A DNA stretch of 64,000 nucleotides from the human T2T-CHM13v2.0 reference genome, Homo sapiens (GCF_009914755.1 NC_060933.1); one strand, 5' to 3'; counted from the stretch's first letter, positions 33,891 to 47,490 are shown. The notes: generated by a model not told the origin, from the letters alone. Translations and numbers: made by a program.

Positions 33891-34686
33891 TGAAACAAGA
33901 AAAGTTCCCTTACCCCCTTGCCGGGCATGTGATGGGGCTGTGACTGGCTGTTTCAGTGCCCCACAGCTCCAGCCCCTAAGGGCAGCATGTAGGCGGGCGG
34001 GTCTTGAGGACCATGGGCTCCGACCCCATGGCAGCATTTAGGGCTGAATGTTACAGCTCTCGAAACCCCAGTGGGCGTGTGTTACAGTGTCCTCTTTCAG
34101 CTTAGCCATCTGCAGGCAGCTTATGCTAATCAGCTCATTTAGACCCTCTGCCTTATTGCAAGGAAAGAAGTGTTTCTTTATCCCGGGGTTCTTGCTCTAG
34201 TGTACCAGAAAAATCGGATCACACGTGGGCTTAGAGAATGAGTGCAAAGTTTTATTGAGTGGTGGAAGTAGCTCTCAGCAGACTAATGGGGAGCCAGAAG
34301 GGGGATGGAGTGGGAAGGCAGTCTTCCCCTGGAGTTGGGCCTCTCAGTGGCTGGGATCTCCTCCCACCACCCTTGGCTGAATTTCAATCGGTGTCCACAT
34401 TGTTCCAGTCAATGGCCTGCAGGTGTCTGTTGGTGTGTTCTTCTGCCAGTGTGTTCCTCTCGACATCCAGCCACTTGTGTGTGTGTCCACTAGGGTCTCC
34501 GGGTTTGTATAGGCACAGGATGGGGGGCATGGCAGGCCAGAGTGGTTTTGGAAAATGTAACATTTAGGCATGAAAGCAAGAGTGCCTGTCCTCACTTAGG
34601 TCCATGGGCCCAGGCCAGAGGGTGGAACCCTTGCCAGGCACCCTGCCCTTCTCTACTCAGCACTTCCCTGCCTCTCTCCTGTATCA
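33891..34686 (-). mobile_element. ERV1 solo LTR of the LTR1/LTR28/MER52 (HUERS-P) group
   Basis: Minus strand starts TGATACAGGAGAGAGGCAGGGAAGTGCTGAGTAGAGAAGGGC and ends TTTCA; perfect 4-bp TSD atgt at 33887-33890 and 34687-34690. Confidence 0.85.
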
Positions 34687-35992
34687 ATGTGAAAAATATT
34701 CCTCTGAAGAAACAGAATTACACAGACTGCTAGAAACATAGAGAACTATCACCGAGCTGGTTATTTAAAGAAAGTAAATACTTTGCTACACACATCAATA
34801 TTCAGTGTCCTCCAAGATAGTCTTGCGTTTGTAAGTTTATACAATCATTAAGAGAAGGTCTAAGATCATGTGGATATAAAATACTTTCAGAATCATTAGT
34901 GGTTAAATAATGGTGGAAAATATTCCACTAAGTGGGCTTGTTAAGCCATGAGATCAATTTTAAAAATAGACGTTTTGAGATATTAATATTTTTTCACCAT
35001 GACATTTACAAACCTAACTCATGATAATCACAGTGATCTTAAGACCCTCCTGTCTTCTAACCAAACCAAAAATTAATTAGTGAAGAAGAGAGACAGGAGG
35101 GTCAGTACAATTTATCCTGGTAATGTGCTTCTCAACTTTGTCATGTATTTAATAAACAAGTAAAGGAAAAAAAAAGAAACTTCATGTAACTATTGGTAGA
35201 AAAATAACTGAAACACAAAACAAAAAGCAACATACATTTCACCAGTCACTGCTCAGTAAAAACAGTGATTGTTGCAACATCATGGTGTTAAATATCATGC
35301 TGGGTCCACAAAGCTACAAATACAATTATGAAGTCAAAGCCTTCTTATTCCTTTCAAATATTTGATGCTTCCAACAACCAGACCCTTAGAATTGCCCCGA
35401 AAAGAGTTTTCTTTGCAGACATTCAAAATGTAGATGAAATATTTCACACTTGAAGAGAAAAAGATACCTAGAGGCTTCTATTTGTAGTTAAGTATTCCAA
35501 TAGGCCAGGTTAACCAGTAGTTTCATAATACTGAACAACATGATAATGGTATGCGTAATTATTGTGGGTTGGGGGGAAAGCCAGATTGGTAAGAACTGAT
35601 TGGATTTATGATTACAGTTGCCTCACATTTTTTCACTTTCAAAGTTAATCAAACTTTTTTTTGTTGGAGAAATAAGCTTGAGAATTATGATAACGTTTCT
35701 TCTAGAGGTAGCTTCCTGCTCCCACACACTTCCCACCAGATTAATACTGTTCTTTTTGAGACCTGTCAGATGCTAACAGGAAGTAGATTAGTCATCAAAA
35801 GTGAAGTAGAAACTCAACAAAAGCAGTCAGTGTGGTCTGGAGTGTTGTGTCCTGTGACCCTGGACTGCAGAACATCAGAGAAAGCTGTAGAGCTCAGCAG
35901 GGCCTGGCTGTATGATATCACCTGCAAGTACAACAGCTTGGTTGACTTTTATGCAGCCCCAGACTGTTGCAAACTCATTAAGAGTTAAGTGG

Positions 35993-36286
35993 GGCCAGGC
36001 ATGGTGGCTCACACCTGTAATCCCAGCACTTTGGGAGGCAGAGGCAGGCAGATCACTGAAGTCGGGAGTTTGAGACCAGCCTGACCAACATGGAGAAACC
36101 CCATCTCTACTAAAAAAAAATACAAAATTAGCCAGGTGTGGTGGTGCATGCCTGTAGTCCCAGCTACTCAGGAGGCTGAGGTAGGAGAATCTTGAAACCA
36201 GAAGGTAGAGGTTGCGGTGAGCTGAGATCGCACCACTGCACTCCAGCCTGGGCAACAAGAGAGCAAGACTCTGTCTCAAAAAAAAA
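35993..36286 (+). mobile_element. AluSp-like element
   Basis: 'gtcgggagtttgagaccagcctgaccaacatggagaaacc'; TSD aagagttaagtgg / aagagttaactgg. Confidence 0.93.
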
Positions 36287-36534
36287 AAGAGTTAACTGGA
36301 AAATCTTAAACCTTACCATCACTGCTGACTTCCCAGAATACATCTTTCACTCTTGAAAGGATTTTTTTGCTGTTGTTACACAATTGTAATTGAAAAATCA
36401 CGTACAGTTAGCTTTCTGAAGAAGGCAGAATGTCTTTTTGTTTTCAGTGTTGCAATTGCTTTGAAGTTTTCTCTTTTGCTTTTTTATACTTTGGTTCATG
36501 ATGATGTCACTAGAAATAGATTTAAGAATTTTAA

Positions 36535-36830
36535 GGCCAGGCACAGTGGCTCACGCCTGCAATCCCAGCACTTTGGGAGGCCGAGGGGTGGGGGGGGGGG
36601 GGGGGGGCAGATCACCTGAGGTCAGGAGTTCGAGACCAGCCTAGCCAGCCTGGAGAAACCCCATCTCTACTAAAAATACAAAAATTAGCTGGGCATGGTG
36701 GTGCCTGCCTATAATCCCAGATACCTGGGAGGCTGAGGCAGGAGAATCACTTGTACCCAGGAGGCAGAGGTTTCAGTGAGCCAAAGTTGTGCCACTGCAC
36801 TCCAGCCTGGGCAACAAAGCAAGATCTGTC

Positions 36831-36871
<41 letters not shown>

Positions 36872-36879
36872 AATAAATA
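36535..36879 (+). mobile_element. Alu (AluS) with an internal G18 run and (TAAA)n tail
   Basis: Alu dimer; G run at 36590-36607. Confidence 0.95.
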
Positions 36880-38159
36880 ATTTTAAGAATTCATTGTGCT
36901 CCTTAAAGCAGAGGATGGTTTCTAGCCAATTCTGAAAGCAGTCTCAGATTGTTTCTTTCATCCTCATTCTATTCTTTCTCTGGTTACATATTCAATTAAA
37001 TAGTGTTAGTGCTTCTCCTTTGGTAATCAATTTATCTTCACTTCTCTCATAGTTTCAGAATCTGTCTCTCTGAGCTGTATTCTTTTTTTAAAATTTATTT
37101 TATAATGCACTCTTACCACCTCATACCCCTCTCAAAATTTACTACTTTTCTCGTAAATGTAGCTTTTCTATCATTGAATGCATAATTGAATTTTATATTT
37201 TAGTGATTGCATTATTTCCTTTAAAATATTATGTCATTTTGATATTTCATTTCTTCATACACTTCAAACTTAAATATATTGGTCTTGCATACTATTTCTT
37301 AATTGTTCACTATCTGCACTCTGTGTACATCTTATGCTTTTTTTCATAGCTTCTTAAGAGAAGCTGTAACACACGCACACACGCACACGCACACTCTTAC
37401 TTATGGTAGGCTATTTCCTTATCTGTTTATTAAGTGTAACAATTAGCTATATGTTTGAGCTTGAACTTTAGGAATCTGTTTGCTGTTCTATTTATTATTG
37501 ACCATTATGTTTTAGAATACTACCTGTATTATTATTTGGTGATTTATTAATTATAAACATTTAATTTGACTTCTTACAGTAGGCAATGAGGACTTGGCAG
37601 TCATAGCCAGTGCCATTTTTATCAAACAATCATTAAAAAATAATTATATTTTAATTTAGCTTGAATTTACTTTCTGTATTTATGTTATTATGACTTAGTA
37701 ACTATTGATCTGAGTATCCCTGATTTATAAAATAAGTGTGTTTTTTGTCCTTACACTTTAAATATTATCTTTTCATCACTGTTATTCTGAAATGTCATAT
37801 CAAAGAATGAGAGATGCTAGAATCTGTGAAGAAATGTTTTAAAACAGAGAATTCTACTGAAATCAAGGAAGAACTGAAAGAAGGATGTGGCTTAAAGTAT
37901 ACGTTCTGTGAAGAAGGGAGATAATGGAGAAGCTGTTGATATAGTAAACAAAACAAAACAAAAAAGGCAAATAAAAGAGCTGCCTGTTCTGGTAAAGCAT
38001 CACCACCTGGGTGGGAGAAGGCTGTGTGTCCTGAGCCAGGGCTTATTAATTTAATCAGCAGTACAATGTGTGAAAATATGGTAAGGAAATGATGCAGTGC
38101 TTAACTTCAGCATTTTATACTCTTAATAAAAAAAAAAATAAAAAAAAATAAAAAAAACT

Positions 38160-38455
38160 GGCCGGGCGCGGTGGCTCACGCCTGTAATCCCAGCACTTTG
38201 GGAGGCCAAGGCAGGTGGATCACAAGGTCAGAAGATCAAGACCATCCTGGCTAACACGGTGAAACCCCATCTCTACTAAAAATACAAAAAATTAGCCACC
38301 ATGGTGGCGGGTGCCTGTAGTCCCAGCTTCTCAGGAGGCAGAGGCGGGAGAATGGCGTGAACCTGGAAGGGCGGAGTTTGCAGTGAGCAGAGATGGTGCC
38401 ACTGCACTCCAGCCTGGGTTACAGAACAAGACTCCATCTCAAAAAAAAAAAAAAA
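38160..38455 (+). mobile_element. AluY
   Basis: 'accatcctggctaacacggtgaaacc' and 'gagaatggcgtgaacc'. Confidence 0.93.
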
Positions 38456-39164
38456 ATCCCACTAGAATTATAACTGTGTTATGTCTTCCTAACATGAGAA
38501 AATAATACACACAAATATACATACAAATGCAAATATAAACATGTAATCAATATAAGTGACTGTATTATTTGCTTTTAAAAATATGGAAAGGTCGATCAAA
38601 AGCAATTTCAGTGAAAAGCTAGAAAATACATTTTAAAAATCAGAAAACCTTAATAAAGAGAATAAGCTGTGGTATGATTAAAAACAAAGGTGTGTTGTTT
38701 TATGACACATAACTCCAAATGCTTTTTCTAGCAGGTGGAAGAACTATGTTAAAAGCAGGACATCTCCACTCCTCCAGATGAGTTATGTGTTAGGCTGAAG
38801 TAAGGAGTACGGAAAGCCCAGTTGCTCTATATGATACAAAGCAAGAAGAGTTTAAACTGTTGGAGGGAAGATGGGAACTTGGAGAGAGGAAAGAAAGGAC
38901 CAGCAGCATGGAATTTTACATAGGAGAAGCAGGGAAGAGATGACTTCTCTCTGAGGCAGAGAGCGGCACAAAAAGGACTTGGGAGCAAAACAATGGCAAA
39001 GAGGTAACCTTTCCATTGTTCGGCAAGGAATGTACTATGAGCCTCTCACTGTCACCCTTACAGTATTTTTATATAACTTATGATCCTCATTAAATATTTT
39101 GTGTGTGTGTAAAAATAGAAACTTTGAAAGAAATTCAGCAGGGAGCAGATGTCTATATCAGAGT

Positions 39165-39400
39165 CAGTGGTTCTGAAACAGTACAATTTGGCCCCCTGGA
39201 GAACATTTGACAATGTCTTGGGGCTCTGTTGGTTGTCACAACAGGGAGATAGGGAGTGCTATGTCATTTAGTTTATGTTTACCAGGGATGACAGTAAATG
39301 TTTTACATTCCATTAAAAAGCCTTGCAGAGAGAGAGAGAGAAAGAGAAAGAAAAAATATCTGTTGCAAAATGTCAATAGTGATGACATGAATAAATTCTG
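39165..39400. mobile_element. MER20 (hAT-Charlie DNA transposon remnant)
   Basis: 'cagtggttct...ttggccccctggagaacatttgacaatgtct...ggttgtcacaac...caaaatgtcaatagtg'. Confidence 0.75.
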
Positions 39401-39542
39401 ATCCAAATTATTGCATTTAAAGCAAAACTATTATACAGAAAAGGAAGTTATGAGCAAAGGAGGTTTCTGGTATAAGACAACAAGTTAGCAAAACTTCCTG
39501 GGAATTCTGCATAAAACTCAAAAAACTAAGAGATATCCTCAC

Positions 39543-39613
39543 CTTGCCTCAAAGGATGTGAGTTTACCAAATTCCAGGGCAGCCATGTCTCCAAGAACAT
39601 CCGAGTTTCTTCT
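39543..39613 (-). other. Candidate 71-nt internal exon of an unidentified minus-strand transcript
   Basis: Minus strand reads gactaac (branch point), T-rich tract, cgtag|AGAAG...GGCAAG|gtgagg; two of three frames are open. Confidence 0.55.
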
Positions 39614-40196
39614 CTACGAAAAGAAAAACAAAAAAAAAGGTTAGTCATACATTTATTAATTTCAGGGCCAAAGAGATAATAAGGGGACAAAGAATCAACT
39701 CCAAAGAGTCTCCTGCTCTTCAACAGCAGTGGGAAGACATGTATGAACTAATGACCTGTCAAATCCCAATAAGGTAGATGGGGATCTGCATGGTCTGTGG
39801 CTTCAGTAAGCAAGGAATTACTTATACCACTAGCATGCTGACTGTCCAAGATATAGGACTGCCATGCTTTAAAGAGCAGTTTCCTGATGACACAAAATAT
39901 TCACCTGGACATAGAACCTCAGTCTCAGCCCCAGGCCTGTCCATCAACACTATCCCCAGACGGCTTGGATTCTAGGATCTCTGAAGCTCATCACAAGTAC
40001 AGATTCAGTGTGGTTCTGAGAGTTTCTTAGTGCTGAGTGCGAACAGGAAGAGCACAGGTAGCTCCCTTGAAAAGATAAGGAAATTATTTTAATGTTTTCA
40101 GTCTGTTGGGGAAGAAGAGGGTGAGGGGCAAAAAGACCCACTACGAATAGTTAAATCAGTACCAGCCATCAGGCTAACCCAGGGTCCAGGTGAGGG

Positions 40197-40278
40197 TAAA
40201 GCTGTATATCTATATATAACTGTATATATATAAAGCTATACATAACTGTATATATATAAAGCTATATATAACTGTATA
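40197..40278. repeat. AT-rich minisatellite, about 26-bp unit, about 3 copies
   Basis: Unit taaagctatatataactgtatatata repeated with small variations. Confidence 0.85.
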
Positions 40279-40896
40279 TATCTATACAGTTAAAAGCTGA
40301 TAGGATGGACTGTAGGGATCCTGAAGCTTCTGGGCACATACAGGAATTTAGTGTGATCCCCACATATTAAGCGGGACTTAGGCCGAGTTTTCCAGCAGAC
40401 ACAGAAAGTCAGTTCAAGGAGGATATCCAGGGCCAAAAGGAGTATTAGGTGGAATTCCTGAGTCTATCCCTCCTGTCTAGGTGAAGGTAAGGGGAAAATG
40501 CAGCTTCACACATCAAATAGACTCTGAAGGCCAGAGTAATGCTGGCAGGGATACATATACTAGAAATCATGAGAGTCATCATAGTAAAGCTGTCAGATTC
40601 AGTGATTGGTCAGATTCAGTGATTGGTCGGTCTGTCTGACTTATTTGCCTTCTAGGGAACTTCTGTCTGGAGCCAACATACTCAGGTTTGAACCAAGGAA
40701 GCCAGGCTCCTCAGGCTACTTGCTATATTAAGCAAGGCTTTGTTGTGGGGTATATTTTTGAAGGTAGCTGGAACTTCATCTTTTATCCCTTCTAAGAAAG
40801 AAAATCTTCAGAAAATCTGCATATACTTGGACATTATCTAATAACCCCAATCCCCGATGCTGTCAATTCTCTGTAGAGGATGGTATCTATTTTTAA

Positions 40897-41205
<309 letters not shown>

Positions 41206-41209
41206 TATT

Positions 41210-41472
41210 TTTTAATTTTTATTTTTATAAATTTGTAACATTTACTCATTTTTATTCTTTTAAATGGACAACATTGTATTTACCATGTAAAAGTTGTTTT
41301 GAAGCATTTATACATTGTGGAATGACGAAATCTAGCCAATCAACATATGCATGACCTCACATAGTTATCATTTTTGTCATGAGAGCTCTTTACATCCACT
41401 CTCACTGCATTTTTCAAGAATACACTCTATTATTAACTGTAATCACCACGTTCTATAATAGATCTCTTGAAC
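41210..41472 (-). mobile_element. L1MA-type 3' end fragment; a further short L1 fragment lies at about 41645-41727
   Basis: 'tacattgtggaatgacgaaatctagccaatcaacatatgcatgacctcacatagttatc...aatagatctcttgaac'. Confidence 0.75.
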
Positions 41473-43309
41473 AATGGGGAGTCCTTGAAAGAATTTAATA
41501 AGGGGCTTGGTTTGATCCACCTTTGGTTTTAGAAAATTCACCTTCACAGAGCATTATGGATAATATATCCCTAAAGACTAACTCTAAATGCATGGAGACC
41601 TCTAGACTCTAGACAGACTATAGACATTTATTTAAAACCGAAGTTATGTTGTTGCAAATGACAGGATCTCATTCTTTTTTATGGCTGAATAGTACTCCAT
41701 TGTGTATAAGTACCACATTTTCTTTATGTCCAGAAAAAAATCACTAGAAGTAGAAATAGAGAAAAATGGCAAAATGAAAAGGCATGAAATTCCAGTTACA
41801 TGTTGCTGAATAAATTTTTAAAGGCTCTAAGTCTACATATTATAAAACAAAATCATGTTATACTTAAAACCACTGTGGATTAGATAATTCAGAAAAAGGC
41901 ACAGTGGGGATGGGTCCTTATATTTCCACAACATCTGGTGTACCTCATAAGTCTAGGACTGGAATAAGCAAAGCTGCAAGACCCACATCATGGTCTAAAA
42001 CTATCACACATATAAATGAAAGAATAACTTAATGTGACATTTCAATGTAATATAATTTCAAAAAAACACGTCGTGTTCTTAATTTTAGTTATTTACTAAA
42101 TAATTGCTGATGGATCAATTGTAACCATTCAATAGCTACTTAATTTAGCAGTTGCTATTTTCATAAATACCTTTAATTTCCCCAGAATTATTGCAGCATT
42201 CTAAAAGAATGCTAAGATTATAACTATACATATATACATGAGACATTGATCACATTTGTCTTTGGAACATGGAAGTTACAATATTTGGCATATTTGAAAA
42301 TATACAATTTGATCAATTCTATAGATGCACAGAATTAGAATACAGAATTTTAATATTTTCTATTAATATGTGACAGTAGATAATATCAGATGAGGTTAAA
42401 ATTAGTGCTTAGCTGCTGAGAATAACATTTTATTCCTGATTTTTAATGGCACTTAACAAGAGAAAATAATCTACTTTTTTAGGATAGAAATTTTTACTGA
42501 ACAAATTCTTGATTAGAGTAATTCAAGCATTGATGAATAAATTTGACATTAAGATACACTTAGGAACAAATGTTGAAGCTTTGTGCAAGTGTAATAGATT
42601 TATGTGAGCCAACTAACTTCTAAATAATTAAAGCAGCATTCACAGCTTTCTAAAAATATAGGTATCCAGTCACCCAGGAGATTAGCCTATAGCTGAGAGC
42701 CTGTCTGACATGCCATGGTTATTAATGGTACTAATAAAACTGAAGCTAGCCAGCTCTCTTGCAAAGGGGTTGATGGGGAAATGCAACCGAGCATGATCCT
42801 TCTTTTAACAAAGAGAAGGATTTCCCATGTTTTGCTTATTTTCTGACTTCTGGTCTGAAAAGTTGTAGTTACTTTTATTTGGTGCTGGCAGATGATTCTT
42901 ATTATTATCACAGAGCATTAGCCACATAAAAAAACTGAAGGGTTTCTTCTGAAATATTTGCTGTTGTTTCTTTTAAGGTTCAAAGAATATGTTCCTTTGA
43001 AATAATATCAGTCCAAACTCAACCAACCACATACACAAACCTGCATGTGTGTGCACTCACACATACTAATTAAAGAGTTAGAAGCTGTGACTTGATCTGT
43101 GTTCAGAATAATGTGAACCTAAAATATTCAGAAAGAAATAGAAGCTTTTCTCTGTCTTTTAGGCATTTTCAATTTCCCTTAAGTTCAAAAATATTTGTGG
43201 CTTTTTATTCAATTAGCCAAGACATCATCAAGAGTAACTTATTTTTCAAATTTTCTTTTCACCATCATCCAAAAAACTCTGGTGATGCACAAATAAATGA
43301 CTTCTAGAA

Positions 43310-43460
43310 TTAGCTGTGGGAATTGAGGTAAGTTACTTAACATTTGTGAGCTTTCGTTTCTCAATTGCAACTGCAGAATTGTTTATCCACCCAATAAGGT
43401 TGTTGTGAGGATTGTATAAACAAGACTAGACATATAGAAAGTGCATATTTATGGCAACAC
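43310..43460 (+). mobile_element. MIR fragment
   Basis: 'tagctgtggg...taagttacttaac...gagctttcgtttctca...ggttgttgtgaggatt'. Confidence 0.65.
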
Positions 43461-44029
43461 ACTTCAAAACTACATTGCCTTTCTGTTTTAGACCTTAAGA
43501 GAAAAAGACTTTTGGGTATGAGAGGAAACAGAAGTAAACACACTAAACCCAGACTACACAAACCAATTTTATATTAGCCACATATGTGGCTACAATACTA
43601 ATGTTTTCCAGGGCAGGAAAATGTGTTTGAGCAGTCATATCAATGTAGCCTCAGACCTCCAGCAACACTTACTCTTAAACAGTCATATCTGATTTAGTTC
43701 CTCTATTGACACCAATCTCTAAACATGAAAGTAGAACCAAAATAAATTCTTTACGAAGGAGAAAAGTTCTTTGTAAATTCAGACTTCAAAACATTTTTCT
43801 GTAATCTTGTATACATCATGAATCCCTGAATAGATTAGAGTTTGGATTAAAGTTATACAAAATTAGAGAAAAAACAAATTTCTGAGCTGAACTCCTTACA
43901 CAAACTTTTAATTATCAGACATGCAGACAAGTTTTGGACAAAAATAAACCTGTCAGCTAAAACAATTACATATATCTATGGAAACAGAGTATAAAACATA
44001 TTGATTTCCTTTAGTAATTTTAAAGGTAG

Positions 44030-44790
44030 TCCAGAAGAATCAAGAAGGATATAGAAGATGTCAACAGTTCTATAAATCAACTTTGCGTGAGTGAATATTT
44101 ATAGAACTTAAACCAACAACTTTAAAATACATATTCTTTTCACATGATAAGTAATATTAACCAATATTGACCAAATCATAAAATAAATTTCCACATATTT
44201 CCAAAAATTGAAATTATGTAGCCTGATGTATGACTACAATGGAGATAAGTTAGGTGTCAATAGCATTAGGAGAGCTAAAAAATCTCCAATATTCGAGAAT
44301 TAAAAAAATAAAAACAACTTCTAAATAACCTGTAAGACAAAAAAAATGTAAAGGGAAATAAGAAAATATTTTAAATTAAGTGACAAGAAAATTTAACATA
44401 TTAATAATGGTAAAATTCAGTTACAGCAGAACTATGAGAGAATATTAGATTTAAAAGCTTGTATAAGAAAAGAGATATGTTTAATAACAGTGATTTATGT
44501 TTCAACTGCAAGACACTAGAAAAGATGGCCAAAATATGCAAAGTAAGTAGAAGAAATAACGTAATAGACATAAGAAATCAATGAAATAGTAAAAGGCAAC
44601 AAAAATTTGAAATGTCAGGATTTAGTTATTGGTAAAAAGATATTAAACTTGATAAGTCTACATCAAGACTCATCGAGAGAATAGAGAAAAACTAAAAACT
44701 GACAATATTTGGAATGAGAGAGAGAATACCACTATGGTTCCTAGAGACATCAAAATAATAACACTGACTAAGGAAGAAACACAATATCCA

Positions 44791-44831
<41 letters not shown>

Positions 44832-45753
44832 AGAGTATTCTTTTACAAAATTACCCCCACAGGAAAAAAAAACATGCACAGAATGCTGTACTGGTAATTA
44901 CAAAATATTTATGAAAAAGTACATATTTATATTTAAATTGGCAGATATATAGTCCAATGAAACAGAATAGAGAGCCCAGAAATAAACTCTTGCATATACA
45001 GTCAACTTACCTTCTACTAGGAAGCCAAGAATACACAATGGGGAAAGAATAGTCTCATCAACAAACACTGGTGGAGAAAACTGAATGCCTACAGGCAAAA
45101 GGGTGAAATTGGACACTTATACCATACACAAAAAATCAACTCGAATATGGATTAAAAACTTAAATGTAAGACATAAAATTGTAAAATTCCTAGAAGAAAA
45201 CATGGGAAAAATGCTACTCTACATTAGCCTTTGCAACAGTTTCTTGAACATGATAACAAAAGCACAGGCAATTACAGCAAAAATGCCTGTGTAATTACAT
45301 GAAACCAAAATGCTTTTGCACAGCAAAGGAATCAACAGAGTAAAGAGACAACCTATGAAATAAGAGAAAATATTTGCAAGCCAAAAAAGGAGTTAATATC
45401 TAAAATACAAAAGGGACTCCTATAACTGAGTAGCAAAAATAATCACAATTTAAAACTAGGTAAAGAATTTCAATAGATGCTTCTCTAAGGAAAGCATACG
45501 AATGACCAACAGGTATGTAAAAAGGGTTTCCACATTACTAATCATCAGGAAAGTTTAAATCAAAACCACAGTGAGATATCAAATCATAGCTGTTAAGATA
45601 ACTATTGTAAAAAAATGTTGCTGAGGATATAAAGGAAATCCTCGCACACTGTTTGTGGAAGTGTAAATTGGTTCAGCCACTATGGAAACAGTATGGAGAG
45701 TATTCAAAAAATTGAAAATAGAGCTACTATATGATCCAGAGATGCTACTTCTG

Positions 45754-45820
<67 letters not shown>

Positions 45821-46930
45821 GTGTGTGTGTGTGTGTATATATATATATAAAAGATTTAATTTCATCTTGAAGATACATATCTTGAAGAGATACCTGCTCC
45901 TATGTTCACTGCAGTATTATATACAATAGCCAAAATATGGAAGCAACCTAAATGTCCATTGATGGATGAAAGGGAAAAGAAAATGTGCTATTTACATAAA
46001 TGGCACATTATTCAATTCTTTAAAAGACAGAAATACTATCATTTGTGACAATATGGATGAATCTGAATGACATTTTACAACTGAAGAAAGTCAGGATAAG
46101 AAGGACAATTACTACATGATTCTACTTACATGTGGAATCTAAAACAGTCAAACCCATAGAAACAGAGAGCAAAATAGCAGGTGCAAGAAGCTGAGGGGAG
46201 GGGAAAACAGGTAGGTGTTGATCAAAAAGTGCAAAACTTCAATTACACAAGGTGAATAAATCCTAGAAATCTACTGTAGATAATAGTCCCTATATTTAAC
46301 AGTACTGTATCATATACTTAAACATTTGGTAAGAGATTAAATCTTATGTTGTATTCTTATCACAAAAATAATAAAAAAGAGAGGGGGAGGAAATTTTTGG
46401 AAATGATAGATACATTCGTGAAATTGATTGTGGTGATAATTTCACAGATGTATACTTATTTCTAAAGTCATCATTTGTATACATTAAATATGTACAGCTT
46501 TTTGTATGTCAATCATATCTCAGCAATTTTTTCAAAGAAGGTATTCAATAAGCAAAAATATGAATAAAAATGTTCTCAATCTCAATAGTCTACCAGGTAT
46601 TAATATATTTTTACTAACAAGTCAATTTAGCAAGGTCATTGAATACAAAGTGAATATACAAAAACGGTTTTATTCTATGCACTTGCTACAAATGATTAGA
46701 AAATTAATTCTTACATATTATTTACAACAGCATAAAAATCGAATTTCTATGAATATATTTAATGTTCAGTATCTCTACATTGAAAACTCCAAACTAGAAC
46801 TGAGAAAAATTAAAGGGCCAAATAAATTAAAGGGGTTGTCATTTTCATGGATTGGAAGACCCAAGATTATTAAGATGTCAGTTATTTCCAAATCTATGTG
46901 TTGAATTGATAAAGTCCCAATCAAAGTACA
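44030..46930 (+). mobile_element. Old L1M cluster, including an L1MA/MB ORF2 end and 3'UTR at about 44940-46540, with (TG)n at 44795-44829 and (AT)n at 45757-45848
   Basis: 'agtccaatgaaacagaatagagagcccagaaataaac', METVWRVFKKLKIELLYDP and 'gtatacattaaatatgtacagctttttgtatgtcaatcatatctca'. Confidence 0.8.
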
Positions 46931-46934
46931 GGCA

Positions 46935-47490
46935 AATGAACACTATCTCAAACAGATAACCAAGGTTAATATCTTCATGTTCATAGTCACGTTGGTAACA
47001 TTTACCCCTGATATAATGTGATAAGAATGGTACTTCACCTCTGTAGTCATCCTCCAAATAACTCATAACCCTAGTTTAACCATTAAAAAAATAAGACAGT
47101 CAACCTGAGGACCATTCTCCAAACTGTCTAAACCATATCCCTTAAAACTCTCAAGGTCATCAAAAGCAAGTGAAGCCTAAGAAACTGTCATGAAACAAAG
47201 GATATTAAAGAGACATAATAACTAAATATAATGTGGGATCGTGGATGAGATCATGGAACAGAAAAAAGATACTGGGTAAAAACTAGTGAAATCTGAATAA
47301 ACTGTGATTTAATTAATAATACATTATATTAATCTTGATTCCTTAGTGGTGACAATGAACCATAGCAATGTAATATGTTAACAATAGCGGAAACTGGGTA
47401 AGGGTATATGGGAACTCTCTGTAATATCTCTGCATTTTTCGTGTAAATCCAAAAATACCCTAAAATTTTTAAAATGAATTAAAAACAAAA
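46935..47490 (+). mobile_element. L1MC3-like 3' end
   Basis: 'aactctcaaggtcatcaaaagcaag...gggtatatgggaactctctgtaatatctctgcattttt'. Confidence 0.75.

Larger units (their letters stand above)
32932..36354 (-). pseudogene. Probable 5'-truncated retrocopy of an unidentified mRNA 3'UTR
   Basis: Non-repeat, UTR-like sequence. Minus strand ends ...AGTAAACAGGATAATTTTTCCATAGAGAAG(A)8. Candidate TSD gaaatcattttttt (32925-32938) / gaaaggattttttt (36355-36368). Confidence 0.55.

Noticed and set aside
35608-35988. 126-aa plus-strand ORF
   Set aside because: It lies antisense within the probable UTR retrocopy and resembles no protein I recognise.
45757-45848. Long (AT)n/(GT)n tract giving IYIYIY ORFs
   Set aside because: Ordinary microsatellite inside an L1.
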